A stretch of DNA of 64,000 nucleotides from Podarcis vaucheri (taxonomy: Eukaryota): assembly GCA_965113315.1 (NCBI GenBank), contig OZ220363.1; one strand, given 5' to 3'. Below, piece by piece: positions 36,901 through 51,900 of the stretch (position 1 is the stretch's first letter; each line of letters opens with the position of its first letter). The notes beneath the pieces are model-generated. The model was not told the DNA's origin and searched no databases. It saw nothing but the letters and a program-made list of their open reading frames with translations. A program made the translations under genes and the position numbers.

Positions 36901-39900
36901 ATTAGAAGGTCAAAAATTAAAATGTAAACCATATGCTTGAGGATAGCTGAAAGCAAGGAAGTCCAAATGAGAGTTTTATCTTGATAATTGTTTAAACGGG
37001 GGATTAGGAGGAGGAGAGAGTGCTACGATTGCATATTACAGAAATGATTCTGCAATTTTTTTCTGACTTTCCTTTATTATTCCACCATGGTGATCAATAA
37101 ATTAATTCTCCCTGGAGATAGTAACTAAATTAGGCATTCCGTACTTACATTGAAATTTAGGAGATAGCATTTTAAATTTATTTTGATAAACAATGCACTG
37201 TGTATTTTCAGTAAAAAGTAATGCTAAAGTTGACTGTTCCAGGAGTAATTATAATATCACTCAGTAGATGTTTGCTGGAAACTATGTTGGGGAAAGACAT
37301 GCTTCTTTCTTCTTCTGGCTTTAAATCTGAAGTTTCCAGATTAGCAAAGCAACCCTAATAGTCTACATTGTGCCTCCACATATAATATAAAAGCACATAT
37401 GTCCTGTCTTGGAGGGTTTTAAAATACTTTGTGTGTAATATAGTTACACAAACACCCACTTATATTGCATAAAACTAAGCTTTCTGGAGGTTAAGTGAAG
37501 CCATGACGTAGCTTATAAATCTCATTGCTGTAGCCAAGGCATAAGAGATGTGATAAGGGCAAAAGATTCGCAAGGTTCATATGATATGAAATATCTGTAT
37601 TTTGCCTAGCAGATATATCCATTGCAGTATTTTATAGCAGGGATGAAGCCTTTGGCAGAAACTAATCACAGTTTAATTGTTGCATCTCCTTTGAAATGTT
37701 GACTGTTGGACAGTTGTATAGTTTACTTTCTAAGACAGTTCTTACAGAAATTGATTTCTTTTTCCTTTTAAGGAGTTTTGCCTTTACATTCCTCTTCATT
37801 TTATGGAAGCAGATCATCTTCAAAGGATTATTCAGCTGGGAGTTCTAATTTGGACAGGTAAGTACAGCATTCCTTAGCTATTTTCTTTCAAATTCTTGGT
37901 CATTGGAGTGCTCCATTCATCAAATGGTGTAGTTCGTTCATGAAAACATCTTATGTTACTCTTAGCACCATTTCAAACGTTTTCTGCACAGGAGTAAACA
38001 AATCATAAAATGCTGGGTGCTGTGCTAATTGAATACATCTAGGTGATATAAGAGCTCATACCCTGTCCTGTATAAATGGGTAAATACACACATGCAGATC
38101 AGCCTGATACTAGTCAGCAAGACATTTTGGCAGACCTTTGTACCCAAGCAAAAAAAACTATGGCTCTTGGGTTGTTGCATCTTCCTCATCTACTAGCTGC
38201 AGCCAGGGAAGCTCCTTTTCTACAGTGACAGAAAACCTCATGGTTGTTTAGTATGTACAAGACTAGAGTACCTAATGGTGCATATGGCTTATGGCTCCCA
38301 TCTAATGCCTTGTCCAAAAGGTAGTAATCAGCCACTACAGTCAAGGAAAACCTTTATGTTAAACTTTCTTGGGTAGAGTAATACTAATTATAGTCTACAG
38401 AAATGTGCACAAAGGGAAACTTGGAATGGGTGGCCATAATTTATAAACTCCATGTTGCTGTAGCTAGGAGGAGATTAGAGCAGGGGTGGTAACCTGTGGC
38501 CTGCCAAAGGTGCAGCAATAAAACGGTTAGTACATTTGCAAAGCTAAGCAAGGTCCAGTATAGTTTCAGATTGGATGTGGGGGGAGCGTGTTGAGATTCC
38601 TGCATTGTAGGGGATTTGACTAGATGACCCTTGGGGTGCCTTCCGGCTCTACAATTCTATGATTCTATGACTACAACTCCCTTCAGCCTCATCCAGTATG
38701 ACCAGTAATCACATCCATGGGTTAAAGAGATAGAAAGCAGGTATTATTTTTGCTAAGACTGGTCTAGCCTGCTTCATCTCGTATCTGCTACAACTATGTA
38801 TTATGCTTCAAACTCCCATGCCTGTGGGGTATTCAGCATGCTAGCCAAATTTTATTTCTGCTCATCTTCTGCTGGAGTATGTTTAGCACTGTGAGCAGCA
38901 ATGGAAGTGTACATATTTTAAGTGTTTGGGGAACAGATGGCATTTATTTACAGTGGTACCTCGGGTTACATACGTTTCAGGTTACATACGCTTCAGGTTA
39001 CAGACTCTGCTAACCCAGAAATATTACCTCGGGTTAAGAACTTTGCTTCAGGATGAGAACAGAAATCATGCTCTGGCGACGCAGTAGCAGCAGGAGGTCC
39101 CATTAGCTAAAGTGGTGCTTCAGGTTAAGAACGGACCTCCGGAATGAATTAAGTACTTAACCCGAGGCACCACTGTATTTTTTTTGGGGGGGGTATTGGT
39201 TTTTGTTTTTGTTTCATTATGTATTTTGTATTCTTCTGTTATGAACCACCCAGGGATCTTTGGATGAAAGGCGGTATACAAATATAACAACAACAACAAC
39301 AATTTTATTTCACAATGCTTTATTTCAAAAGTGTGATTTTCAAGTGTAAAGTATTTTTAAGGAGAACTTGTTATACATCCTTAAAAACCGTGCAAGTTGA
39401 AAAATGAATTTAGAATTCTTTTTACTTCTACTTCCAGCAAGTTTATCTACAACAGGGAGCTGGAAATGTGTTGCTCTTTAGTGGGGTCTGTGACTAATAC
39501 TCAGAGGAGTCTTTGTAGGCTGTATAAATGTGATTCGTAATCACATATGGCCCTTCTGTGGATGCAAAGCATCCTGCATGTGTGAGAGGAAGAGGAGGAA
39601 TGAATAAACATTTTGGGAGGCTGTCCACCTTGTGATAACTTCCTAGTGATGCATCCCCATTCGAAGCATCCTCAATGCTCATGGAATATGACTGCTGCTA
39701 TATCACTGGTGGCAGTAGCCGGCATTGTTATTCTTGAGATGGATTTGATGGCTATTTATCCATCTCGCCTTGTAGGACTAACCTGTTGAATCAGACTCCT
39801 TCTGCGAAAAGAAGCTTGGGGTTTCTCTCTCAGCCAGCCCCTCTCTCTGTTAAAAAAATGAGACCTAACCAGGATTACATGGGATGGAACAAGCCAAGAG

Positions 39901-42900
39901 TCCCCCTTTCCACTCACCCACAGCAGCAACTGCAAGGGTAAGTTTTTAGATTTTCAGTATCTGTGTGTGGGCACACTGTGTGCTCAGTTTAGGTATTGGT
40001 TACATAGAAATAAATCCAACTTGTCAGCTTTTTCTAAAACTAGATATCCTTCCAGCACCATATCTCCATGTCTTCATTTTTAAAAACTTATTCTTCGTGT
40101 TTGTGCTGTGTGTTTAACATTAAGTTAGAGTCCCTTTGAGCAGGGGCTGCCACTTATGTTCATGCAAACTCAGTATTTAACAATTTAATAGCTTTGTAGA
40201 TTGTTAAGACAGTGAGCAAGGGCGGACCAGAGTTACCATATTATTCTGTGTATAAGACTAGATTTTTTCCCTTTAAAATAATGTCAAAAATTAGGGGGTG
40301 TCTTATACACGGATACATCTCTCCCCATTTTCTTAAATCAGAGTCCGCCAAAATAGGGGGCATCTTCTACATGGGGGCATTTTATAGACAGAAAAATACG
40401 GAACTTACATTCTTACAACATGCCCTGTTTTACAAGTAGGGTTTTGAATGTATTTCCATCATCCTAAATCTTTTCCTCTTCTATTTCCTTTTTTACCTCT
40501 GCAAATTAAACATGTGAAGTAATGATTCCTTGTATTGAGGATTGCCCATCAGGTTTCTAGAAAAAATCTGTGATAATAAGGAATCTCAGTGTGTGGCAGA
40601 TCTGTTAGTTTCCCCCTCTTCTGCATTCCTTGCATGGTTCGTTTCAAGAGCCTTTTTGTAAAAAAGAATTTTTTTTTTGTTATGTTTGAAGAAAATTAAT
40701 AAATCTTCAGATGGATTTGTCACAAGCATCTTCTGGGTAGTTTGGATGATAGTTTATAAGATTAGGCTTATAGACCTTACAAGTACAGGTCTACTACTTA
40801 AGAAGCCTAAATGGAATCTGGGATCTAATTGGTTCTTATCTATAAACATCATACAAAGGTTTGTTTAGAAATCTTTCCACACTCTGAGGTGTATTGTTAT
40901 GATTGTTTTTTATTGCATACTCCAAGCAGACAGACTCCTACTCCTAATCAGTGTGTGTATGCATGTGTGTGCACACTGTAGTCCATGAGTAGGCAAACTA
41001 AGGCCCGGGGGCCGGATCTGGCCCAATCGCCTTCTAAATCCAGCCCGCGTATGGTCCGGGAATCAGCGTGTTTTTACATGAGTAGAATGTGTCCTTTTAT
41101 TTAAAATGCATCTCTGGGTTTTTTGTGGGGCATAGGAATTCGTTCATTTATTTTTTCTCCAAAATATAGTCCGGCCCCCCACAAGGTCTGAGGGACCCTG
41201 CTGGAAAAGTTTGCTGACCTTCTGTAGTCAGTGTAAAATATCTGTGTTGGAAATGTTCCAACGTAACAACTTTGTCACGTTGTGCTTCTTCACAGGTTTA
41301 CCAACTTGGGGAATACCTGTTACATGAATGCTATTTTACAATCTCTATTTTCAATTCAATCTTTTGCTAATGATCTTTTGAAACAAAATATCCCATGGAA
41401 AAAAGTTCCAAACAATGCACTTATCAGGTAAGCACCAGCTTTGTGAGTTAAGTAAACATTTTTTCCTAGTACAGCTTCAAAAGAAGCATTCAGATTTGGC
41501 ATGCTATTTGTAACTCTTCTTGCATATATTTTTGATAAAGTCCTATATTTTCTAAGGTTGCTGCTTTTATTACTGCAGTTCCTCATTTATTGAGCCTCTG
41601 CTCTTTCCTCTTTCTTTGCTATGGTAATGAATAGATGTATTGTATTGTATTGTATTGAAAAAGGTTTTGCAAGCACAATAAATGGATGCTTAGAAAAACA
41701 GTAAGTCATAAGTTTCCTGGTTATGTGAAGAGGGGCATATCAAAGTTTGAATAATACATTCCTATAAAAAGGGTATTGGGCCAGTCATTTTTTTACTGCT
41801 GATACAAGATCCTACTAATAAGCATAACATATTTTATGTGAGTTGATTTTAAAATACATGCAATATAATGGAAGGGAGTGCGAACAAATTTCTAAGGGTA
41901 TGTTAACTTTGCTGATATTTTTAGCATTAAACAATGCCTAACTTGCTTTTTGACATTTAAATGTCACTGCATTAATTTGTCCAGGCGCTTTACCCATCTA
42001 CTTGCTAAAAAAGATGTTTGTAGCCCTGAAGTAAAGAAAGACCTACTTAAGAAGGTGAAAAATGCAATTTCAGCTACTGCAGAGAGATTCTCTGGTTACA
42101 TGCAAAATGTAAGTATTTCGCTTTCTAGCAGCTGAAGTATTTTAAGGAGTGATGTGACCAACTATGGAAATATTGATGCAAAAAGAGCTGCATAACAGTT
42201 CGTAGTTTTTCTAGGCAGGTCAGGAAACTTGCAGAGTTAGTGGCATGTAACAGACTATTGACAAGCAGTGGCAGATGCTACAAGGACAGGAGGCCTCGTG
42301 GATAGATTTTTCAGTGATCACTTCCTGAATCTTACTTGGTTGTTATGCTTATATATTTTGCTGTTTGCAAAAGAAAAGTACAGTGGAAGCATGTTTTTCA
42401 AAAACTTGCTTCTTTCCCTGAATTTTGATGATACAACATTTAAAAAGAAAAGAAAATGAAAAAAAGGAAAAGAAAAGAAAAGAAAAGAGAGAGATGGAAT
42501 GTCCATTCTCTTTTCATTACTATTGCTGAGTTCTCTTCTCTTTCTCCCTCCCCCAAGCCCTTTGAAAGTTGTCAAATTGCATGTTGATAGGTTAAAAGTT
42601 TGTATTTGACCAAAATATCAATATACAATAAAAAACACTGTAGAATCTAATAATATAATAATGTGGTGCAGAAAATATATCAAAGGCCTGAATACATCTC
42701 AGCTTCAAAAGGTGTTCATCCTCCTCCTCTGGTTTTTCTTAACAGGAGCTGGTGACTTGATTTAGGCACTACAGTGGTACCTCAGGTTAAGAACTTAATT
42801 TGTTCTGGAGGTCCGTTCTTAACCTGAAACTGTTCTTAACCTGAAGTACCACTTTAGCTAATGGGGCCTCCCGCTGGCACGCAATTTCTGTTCTCATCCT

Positions 42901-45900
42901 GAAGCAAAGTTCTTAACCTGAGGTACTGTTTCTGGGTTAGCAGAGTCTGTAACCTGAAGCTTCTATAACCCGAGGTACCACTGTATAAATGTTACCAGAC
43001 TTTTTACTTTTTGGATTTGTGTTTTTCAGTAGTTTATGGGTTTGCTTTTTAAAAATTGTACAATTTCCCACTGAAAAATACCGTTTAAGCATGAGATGCA
43101 TTTGGTCCCTTTTCTGTATACACATAATGTGTGTTTTGGTTCAGTAAAATGTTTGGTTTATTATTATATTTTGCATTCTTTTTTTCCTTTAGCCTCTCTC
43201 TTAATTTGCTTTTGTTTGGTTATAGCTAGATCTTTTTTCTGTTTTGTTGTTTTTCACCTTAAATAAAGTCGTGGTTACATATTGGGGGAAAATGAAAACT
43301 ACAAGTACGCAGAGCTAGTTAGGAGAATTTTAGGTTTTATTAAAACTATGTTTTAAAACTTAGTTATTTGGGATATTTGTAATTCAAATTGAGTTGAGTG
43401 TGTGGATTCTGGTATGAATGTATTGTTTTGGGACCTCACCCTCTTTAAGAAATTGAGGTAAATTTGGTTTATATATAAGATACATTTAAATGTATGAATG
43501 GGTCTTGAAAGTCACTATTCTAAGGAAATGTATACATGGTTTTAGGATGCTCATGAATTCTTAAGTCAGTGCTTGGATCAGCTGAAGGAGGATGTGGAGA
43601 AGCTGAACAAAACTTGGAAAACTGAGCCAATTTCTGGTGAAGACAGCTCTCTAGGACGTATATCTGATGACTTGTCAGCCACCAGAGTGTACACATGCCC
43701 AGTAATTGCAAACTTAGAATTTGAAGTTCAACATTCTATCATATGTAAAATGTAAGTATTTTAACAGTCCCCCCCCCTTGTTTCATTGTTCTACGCTTCT
43801 GTCTCCTCCCTTCTTTCCTTTTCCTCTGCTCCCCCAAAATCTGCTCCAGAGGTCAGGGTGGGTGGGAAGAGGAATTCCATCACATCCATTGGGGTGGTGC
43901 TGGATCTCATGCCTAGAGAGCTATACCTACCATCTATGCTGCTGTCATGTAATACCCATTACTACTAGGCATTCCCTTTGTAATTCTAGCTCTTTTGCCC
44001 CAAATGATAAATACTTTTCTACTTTTCTCCCACCCTTCTTTTGTAATGTTAATGTTAGAAACAACTACTTCATTTTAATAAGTGCTATTGTTGTCAAAGA
44101 AGTTGCAGTTTGGACCTCTTTTTGATATCCTATTCTATTTTTTAATGTTTATTTTGGTTTTTATAATATTAAATAAAGTAACTGCAAAATACAGCAATAT
44201 AGAATTCCTATCAATATAAATTACATGTTTCATTGGCTCAATTACATAGCCTCTTCTATCTTTGGTAGCTAATTCAGTGAGAACATTTCTCTTACCTCTT
44301 CCACTAAATATATGCCAAAATATGTATTTATTTATTTATTCTACTTGGTTTTTTACAGACTGGTATTACATCTTTTTTGTAATGCTTATTCTTAAGATAT
44401 CTGAGTATGACTCATATACTCAGAAATTTGGATATATTTATGAGTTACTAATACAACTTGTAATGAATAGGGAATATGTGGGTAGACTAAAATACACGAG
44501 GACATTTCTTTTCCATGCAGGTGTGGTGAAACAGTCACCAAACGGGAGCAGTTTAATGACCTTTCAATTGACTTTCCAAGAAGAAAAAAACTTCATCCAT
44601 CTCGATCTATCCAAGATTCCTTGGACCTCTTTTTTAGGGTATGCAATATACAAGGCTTTTTAATATCATTCAGCATCTCTTTTATTAACAGTCCCCCCCC
44701 CCCATTTCACCTTCGAAGTGTCTGAATACTTCTTGCTATCCATTCTTTTCTTCATGCAAAGCTAAGGATGAATGCGTAGATTTGCATGGGTTCCCCCATC
44801 AGCTCTAAGTGAAGACTTATGTCCTTTGTAGGAATCACTGTTTGGTCAGGTGCTGTGCTGGCACTAGTTGAACAAGACTCCAAATATTACAGAAGCCCAA
44901 GCTTCTGCAGCAATACTCTGTTCTATATGTTATGATTTATTTAAATATTTGTAGGCCACAGTTTTCATAAAAGTACAACATGGTAGTATATACCACATAC
45001 AAAGTTGCAATAAGATCAGTAAAAACATTAATAAAAACTGCTAGGGTGAAAGAATTTTGCATTTTGAAGGCCTGTCTGAATAGCACTGTTTTCAGGAAAC
45101 ACCTAAAAGTAGGCTGGGATGATTCCTGACAAGTCTTTACTAGCAAGGAAATCCATAGGGCCTGCCACATTAAAATCTTGGTTCCTAGTAAAGGCCAACT
45201 GAATCACAGGGGCATGGGGGGCCACCAGAAGTGCCCCATCAGAGGATCTCAGTGATCCAGGTAGAGCACGAGGAACTGGATGGTTTTTAAGTTACTTTGA
45301 ATCTAAGTAATTTAGGCCTTTGTGAATTATGCACGGAGATGGGGAGTGGAATGAGAGAGAGAGAGAGAGTCAATGAAAATTGGTATATAAATCTACCTTT
45401 GACACTGGGTGGCCAAGTACAGGAGAATTTGCCCTTGGTTAGGAATATTAGAATCGTCTGTCCAGTTTTTGTGTTTGAATCTCAGATAAGCGACACTTCT
45501 CCAAGTATATTGTAGTACTTACTTTGGGCAATAGCGCAGAGAACACATATTGAGAAGAAATAACTTGATTTTACACCACTCAGCTTTGACCCCACACATG
45601 GCAAAGCTACCTTTCCAACACTAAGCTTATTTGTCCCACTATTATTCTAATTATTTATTGAATTTATATACCTCCCTATACCCGGGGGTCTCAGGGTGGT
45701 TCACAGAATAGCTAGTTGGAACGTACAAGGCAACTTATGTAACCATTTAGAGACCAGTAGCAAAATTCGAACCAACAATATCTAACATATGCTGATCAGA
45801 CCTCAGCAGTATCCAATCACATTAATGAAACCTATGCTGCACATTTACCTGGGAGTAAACCCCTTTCAAAGCAGAACAGCTGCTGAATGAAGATGCATGG

Positions 45901-48900
45901 GTTTGTACTGATTGATAGAATGAAACACTTCTTTCAGTGCTGCCATACTGTTGGGTTTAGTCATATATCTGAGCTGATTATAGTTCCCATAAAGCTGGAG
46001 TCCATAGGGTAGCCTCTGCGCTAGACAGACACCAGCCTCCCGCAGAGCACTATAATCGATGTGAGCCATACAATTTATTTGCCAATTGCATTCTGAAATA
46101 GAAAGTGGGTCTCTGCACTTCTGAGATAGAAAGTTACGTGTTCCTAAAATAAAGTTTGATAGATTACAATCCTTGTATTGTATTCATTGTTTGTATTATG
46201 TCTCTCAGGCAGAGGAGATAGAATATTCTTGCGAGAAATGCAATGGAAAATCTGCTCTTGTTACACACAAATTCAGTCGGTTGCCCAGGTAGGTATATGG
46301 GCTTGGTACAAAACTGTATGAAAATACTAGTAACTTTCAGGATATATAGATGAACAAAATGAATGATGTGTAAAAGTTTAATGTTGGTTTAAAAGTGGCT
46401 GCCTTCCTCAACTGTAAATGTAGAACAAAATAATGTTAGCCCTGAAAATAGGAGTTCAGTAGATGGCCTTGAGGATGCTTTATAGCATCGCTGTTTGACA
46501 GAAGGGACTTGCAGCTGCAGAATTTTCATTCTAACAAAAATTGTGGCATACTTTGATGCTAGATGAAAAACTATACATTCTCATGACCTTTCCCACCCAC
46601 ACAGTTTTACTATGTATTGATAGCAAGCTGGGGAAAGAGCACCAGGTCTCTGTGTTGCGGGAGAAGTATTCTGTCTGGGAATGAACAACTCCTTTGTATC
46701 TTTGTTAAAAAGACATTTATGAAGTTTCCAACTGTTTTTGTGTCTTGAAGGGTCTTGATTCTTCACCTGAAACGGTACAGCTTCAATGTGGCACACTCCC
46801 TCAATCACAAAGTTGGACAGCAAGTGGTTATACCAAGATTTTTAACCCTGCAGTCACACTGTACAGAAAGCACAAGGTCCCCACTTAATCTGGGGTGGAG
46901 TGCACAGTCAGCAATGTAAGCTATTCCTTTTATTCCTCCTTTACCTACAAGCCTACAAACATCTTTGAAATACTTCGTGATAGATACTTTTCTTTAGGAA
47001 AAGGTCGTGATCATTTCCTTTTTATATTGCGTTTAACCAACTTGATCTTAGAGGTTTGACTCAGTTGTCCTGTTCTGCAGGTCGTTCTCGCTGGTCTATG
47101 ACTTCCAGGGCATAACAAGGAACTTGAATAAAGTTAATTGAGGGTGCTAGTGGGGGATTGCTCAAGAATGAGGATAACTATAAAGTGTAGATTTGGAAAA
47201 ATTAGTTAGACAGGAACAGGCTTCAGCAGTGCCCATTGCAAAAAGTGTAAAGGGATAAGGTATTTTAACATATATTTTGTAGCATTGTATTGTTAATCCA
47301 ATGCAAAGGTCTCTTGTCACATTTCTTTAAAGATATAGACTAGAGTTTGGGGTCACCATCAAAATGGTCATGCATAGTAGGCTTTCAAATGTCATGCTGT
47401 AAACATCTGCTTTTGTTTTAATTAGCTCTCGACCACTGAAAGTATCCCAAATGGTGAATTCCTGTTCCGCCAGCATTTTCACGCCCTGTCGGTAAGTAAC
47501 AGGTTTACATGGCTATGGAACCTGCAGTGAATAAGTATACAAAAACAACCCTGATTCCCCTTACTTTTTTATTGTACATCCTTGCTTTTATAATCAGATT
47601 AATTCAGTGTGGGGATTAGCAAGCAGGCTGAAGCATGTTGGACATTTGGTAGCTGTATTTTCTCCACTTGGTTAAATTGTAGATAAAAGTAACATTTTAC
47701 TGCTGTAGCTGTTTCAAGCTAAGACCCTGTCTGAAACAATCCCAGTCTGACAAATTGTTTCTCCTCTCTGTGGGAATGAGCCATGTTCCTGTGTGAGCCA
47801 TGTTCCCTCCCAAATGCACCTGGCTTCAGCAAAACATTTTGGTTTCTTAATGCACAGCTTTCCAAGCCGACTGACCCAGCTCACTTCATATTCATAATGA
47901 CAAGTGAAAAGGATGTGTCATGTATTTTATATGGATTACACTGAAATAGTAAATTTTAGCATGAAGCATTCTATGAGCAGATCCACACCGTACACTTAAA
48001 GCATATTTACAGCGCATGGCTTCCCCCAACAATCCTGGGAACTGTAGTTTATTAAGGGTGCTTGGACTTTTAGCTCTGTTTGTGAGGGAGGAATTACAGT
48101 GGATTCTTTGGGGAAGGTCATGTGCTTTACACGTATGATGTGGATTTGCCCTTTGTATATTATATCTGAACCAGTTAAAAATTGCTGAGCTGGTTACCAA
48201 ACCATTTTTTAAAAAAGTTATTGAGTGACCACCATCAACCATCAGTGACTTGGAAAATGCCATTGAACCAGACGGAAGTTTGTAATCTTGGTGCTCAAGA
48301 GCTGCAGGAATACTAATCCTTACCTTGTGCAGAACATTCTAACTGTGGATTAAGAAATTTTTAATATCTTATTGTTAAGAGTCAATGTTAACTGAACTAT
48401 AGAATTGCAGTAGGTTGATGGATTTATTTGAATTTGTGTATTAAAATTGTATAGCTGTTATGTGAAACCTCCTTTTTTAACCTGATGTTATTTGTCCCTG
48501 GCAGACTTTTTCAAAGGTAAGGAATAAAGGTTCTGTGTTTACTTTTCAGAAAGTACTCGTTCAAGTTTAAATGTCCTAATCTAAGCACCCTGGATTCAGA
48601 CAGTGAAGATGAACCGCTGAAACGTCCCGTTGCAAACAGCCAAAAACAATGTGATTTCCAAAGCAGGGAACAGCAACGAGAAGAACTAGAGAAAGTAAGG
48701 AGAGGGTTATGGGCAGGAGAAGCAAACATGCTCTGTTACCTGTCTTCCCCAATCTAGTGCTGTTCATATACTTTGGGCCACAACTTCCATCAGCCCCAGC
48801 CAGTATAGTCTAGTTGGGGGAGCTAGAAGTTGGAATACAAAACAACTAGAGGACATCAGGTTGAGGAAAGCTGCTTCATTGCCCATATGCAAAGCTGATG

Positions 48901-51900
48901 ATTGAGAGGACAGGAATAGGGAAAAGTGCGCTCTTGCTCCTCCTGTCTTATCTGCCTGTCTCTGTGTGGGTGTGCACAACTGTGAAAAGCTATGGCCGGT
49001 GCCAGCCCAGTTGGGAGCAAGTGGCACTAAAGCCTGAAGAGGAATGAGCAATCCAGGTCCATAAAACATGGTTCACATTGCCAGACATCTCATTGCTGGT
49101 ACCTTCTGGCTCTTTTACACATTCTTTTCATCTTGAGCTGCTTTGTGTGGAGAGATTTTCAAACATTTGAAGTGACTCATGGACTGGTGTAAATACTAGA
49201 TTAGTTCCAAATAGCCATAAGTTGGTGTGGACATGCACTGAAAAGATACACTGCAGTGTATGCAGCAATGCATCAGGTGGTAACAAATGGAGAAGCCCTT
49301 CTCAGGGCATAACTGTGCCTCTTGAGTCCTGAAAACCCGACACTTGTAGATCTGGTGATCAGAGACAGCTTTGGCCCTCAAGAAAATGTCGCACTAGTTT
49401 TGTGAGTGGTTAGCTCAGCCTCTGTGGTAGCCATACATACCCAAACCATTGTGCCTTTATCACCTGCAGGGTTCAAAGAAAATCAAAACAGAGAGTGATA
49501 AGGCTTCAGAGCCAACAAATGCTGGCTTTGATGGAATGAGTGAAGAGGAACTTCTAGCAGCAGTCCTGGAAATCAGTAAGAGGGAAACATCACTGTCTCT
49601 GAGCCATGATGAAGACAAGCCCACAAATAGTCCAGACACTGGCTTTGGAGATGATGAGCTGCAGGAATTGCCAGATCATATGGAACCTATGGATGTGGAG
49701 AAGCCTAAAGCCCTTGCAGAGCCAGGTAAAAGTAACATTTCAAACAGTTTTTCAAAAGTAATATATCATTTTCTACATTTCAAAGACATTTTACAAACTT
49801 TAAAATATCCAATGACTTCCCTTCTTCTCCTTCCATGGTTCATATTATATATAATACTTTCCTGCATATTTTACTATAACCATTCAAATCAATTTTCCAC
49901 TTTTACATTGATCAAATATTGTTTGTTGAATTTATCTTCATGCTGCCAGCGTTTTCAGCTGTGTACAATTATTTTCCATATATTCAATAAACATTTCCCA
50001 CTCTTCTTTAAATAAAATCCTTTATTATTTTATTCACATAATATACATTCTTTATAGCAAACAACTCCAAAATACGCAGACAACCTTTGTAAAACTTTTT
50101 TTAACTGCTCATCCATGTTTTTGACCAACCTTTTGGTTTTGTCTGAATTTATTTTAAAACCTGCCACTTCTCCAAACCTTTTAATTTCTTCCAGCAGTTT
50201 GGGAATGCTCTCCAATGGTTGTTTCAATGTTAACACCACATCATCAGCAAATGCCCTTAATTTATAGACTCTACATCCCACTTCAATATCTTTCATTCTG
50301 AAGCAAAATTTCTAACATCAAGAAAAATAACAACAGAGATAGGGGACAACTTTCTCTGGTTCTTTTCCTTACTTGACATTTGTCTGAGAGAATATTATTT
50401 ACTAATACGATGAGAGTTACCTGTAGCTCCATAAATCTATTCTCTTGGTTTTCCCAACACTCTGGAGCAAATTTGGGGAGGGCACAGGGAGAGGAAGTAG
50501 AATGTTTTTTTTATGCAAACACAAATCCTTGCACTAACACAACCATTTTGGATACTGTCCTATGTTGATCCTTTCACATGTAAAAATATGGCTACCCATT
50601 TTAAGTTCCACTTTTATTATAAAAATAAGCATAGGTTACTTAACTGTGATGGCTTATAATTGGAAATGGAAAAGAAGACACAAAAAAGACAACCCATGTG
50701 GAGAATCATGCAAAAATTGCCTTCTATTTCTCTTCATTCTTAGAAACTTAATGTAAAAATAAAAAATGGGAATACCAAATTAAATCAGAAGTCCAGAAAG
50801 GCAAAGTTTAGGGCGAGCTTGGTTTCTCATGCTGCATACTTCAGGCACATAAGTGCAAATAATCTTTGCTCAGTGTGATTTTTTTTAAAGGTGTGCAATA
50901 AAATACTTAATACTACTCATTTTTAAAGGCTTGATCAAGTGGGGAAATGTTCTTCACTTCAGAAAACACCCCCCCCCCGCTTGATAGAATTCATCCTGAA
51001 ATACCAGTAGATGTCACTCTGCTCCTGAGACTTGGGTAGAATGAAAAGGACTTAGCTGGTGACCACCAAGAAAAGTTCCCCCTGCAACTGCTGCTAAAAA
51101 CAAAATTAAAGCATCAACGTGGTATTTTTGTTTCCATAGGTTTTGCCAACTTCCCTGAGATAACTAAAGATTTTGATGAGAATAAGGAAAATAAAACTCC
51201 GGAAGGCACTCAAGGGGAGGTTGATTGGCTGCAACAGTATGACATGGAGCGAGAAAGAGAGGAACAGGAGCTACAGCAGGCTTTGGCTCAGAGCCTCCAA
51301 GAACAAGTAAGAGCCAATGCTCTTTCACAAGCACTTGGAAATCAAAGCAGCCAACCAGAGATTCCTTCTCTGGTGATAGGAAATCACAGGGCACAGTTAG
51401 TGTCTCCTTTAAGAAGACGTATAAGAGGGGTTATTTTAGCCTGCTCCATAACATGGTACAAGATACCTTTGTTTACTAATCTTTGGCGGGGAGTGGGGAG
51501 CATTGAAGAGCTTTTGTAAAGTTGGATTTGAAAGCTTTCACGAATACTTTCAAACTGATGAGCTGAATAGGCATAGTAGTGTTTAGGGAAGTTTTTAATG
51601 TTTGATGCATTACTGTATTTTAATATTTTGTTGGAAGCCGCCCATAGTGGCTGGGGAAGCACAGCCAGATGGGTGGGGTATAAATAATAAACTATTATTA
51701 TTATAGTCATTGGGAATTATTGTGAATTATGAGGGGAAATACTCTAAAAATAAAAGGGTTTGTCTTATAACTGCCCTGATTGAAGTAAGTGAGAGGGCTT
51801 TTGGGGAATACAGAGCCACCTACCAATGAAATCTGTTTTTTGTTAAGCAGCAAGCATTGATACTCTTAGAATTCTTCTTAAATGCAGCAGATTTTTCCAT

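Noticed and set aside
48505-48516. Apparent 12-nt microexon (cag|ACTTTTTCAAAG|gtaagg) before USP37 exon 16
   Set aside because: The downstream intron would be only 33 nt; as an alternative acceptor it hits an in-frame TAA; skipping to exon 17 shifts the frame
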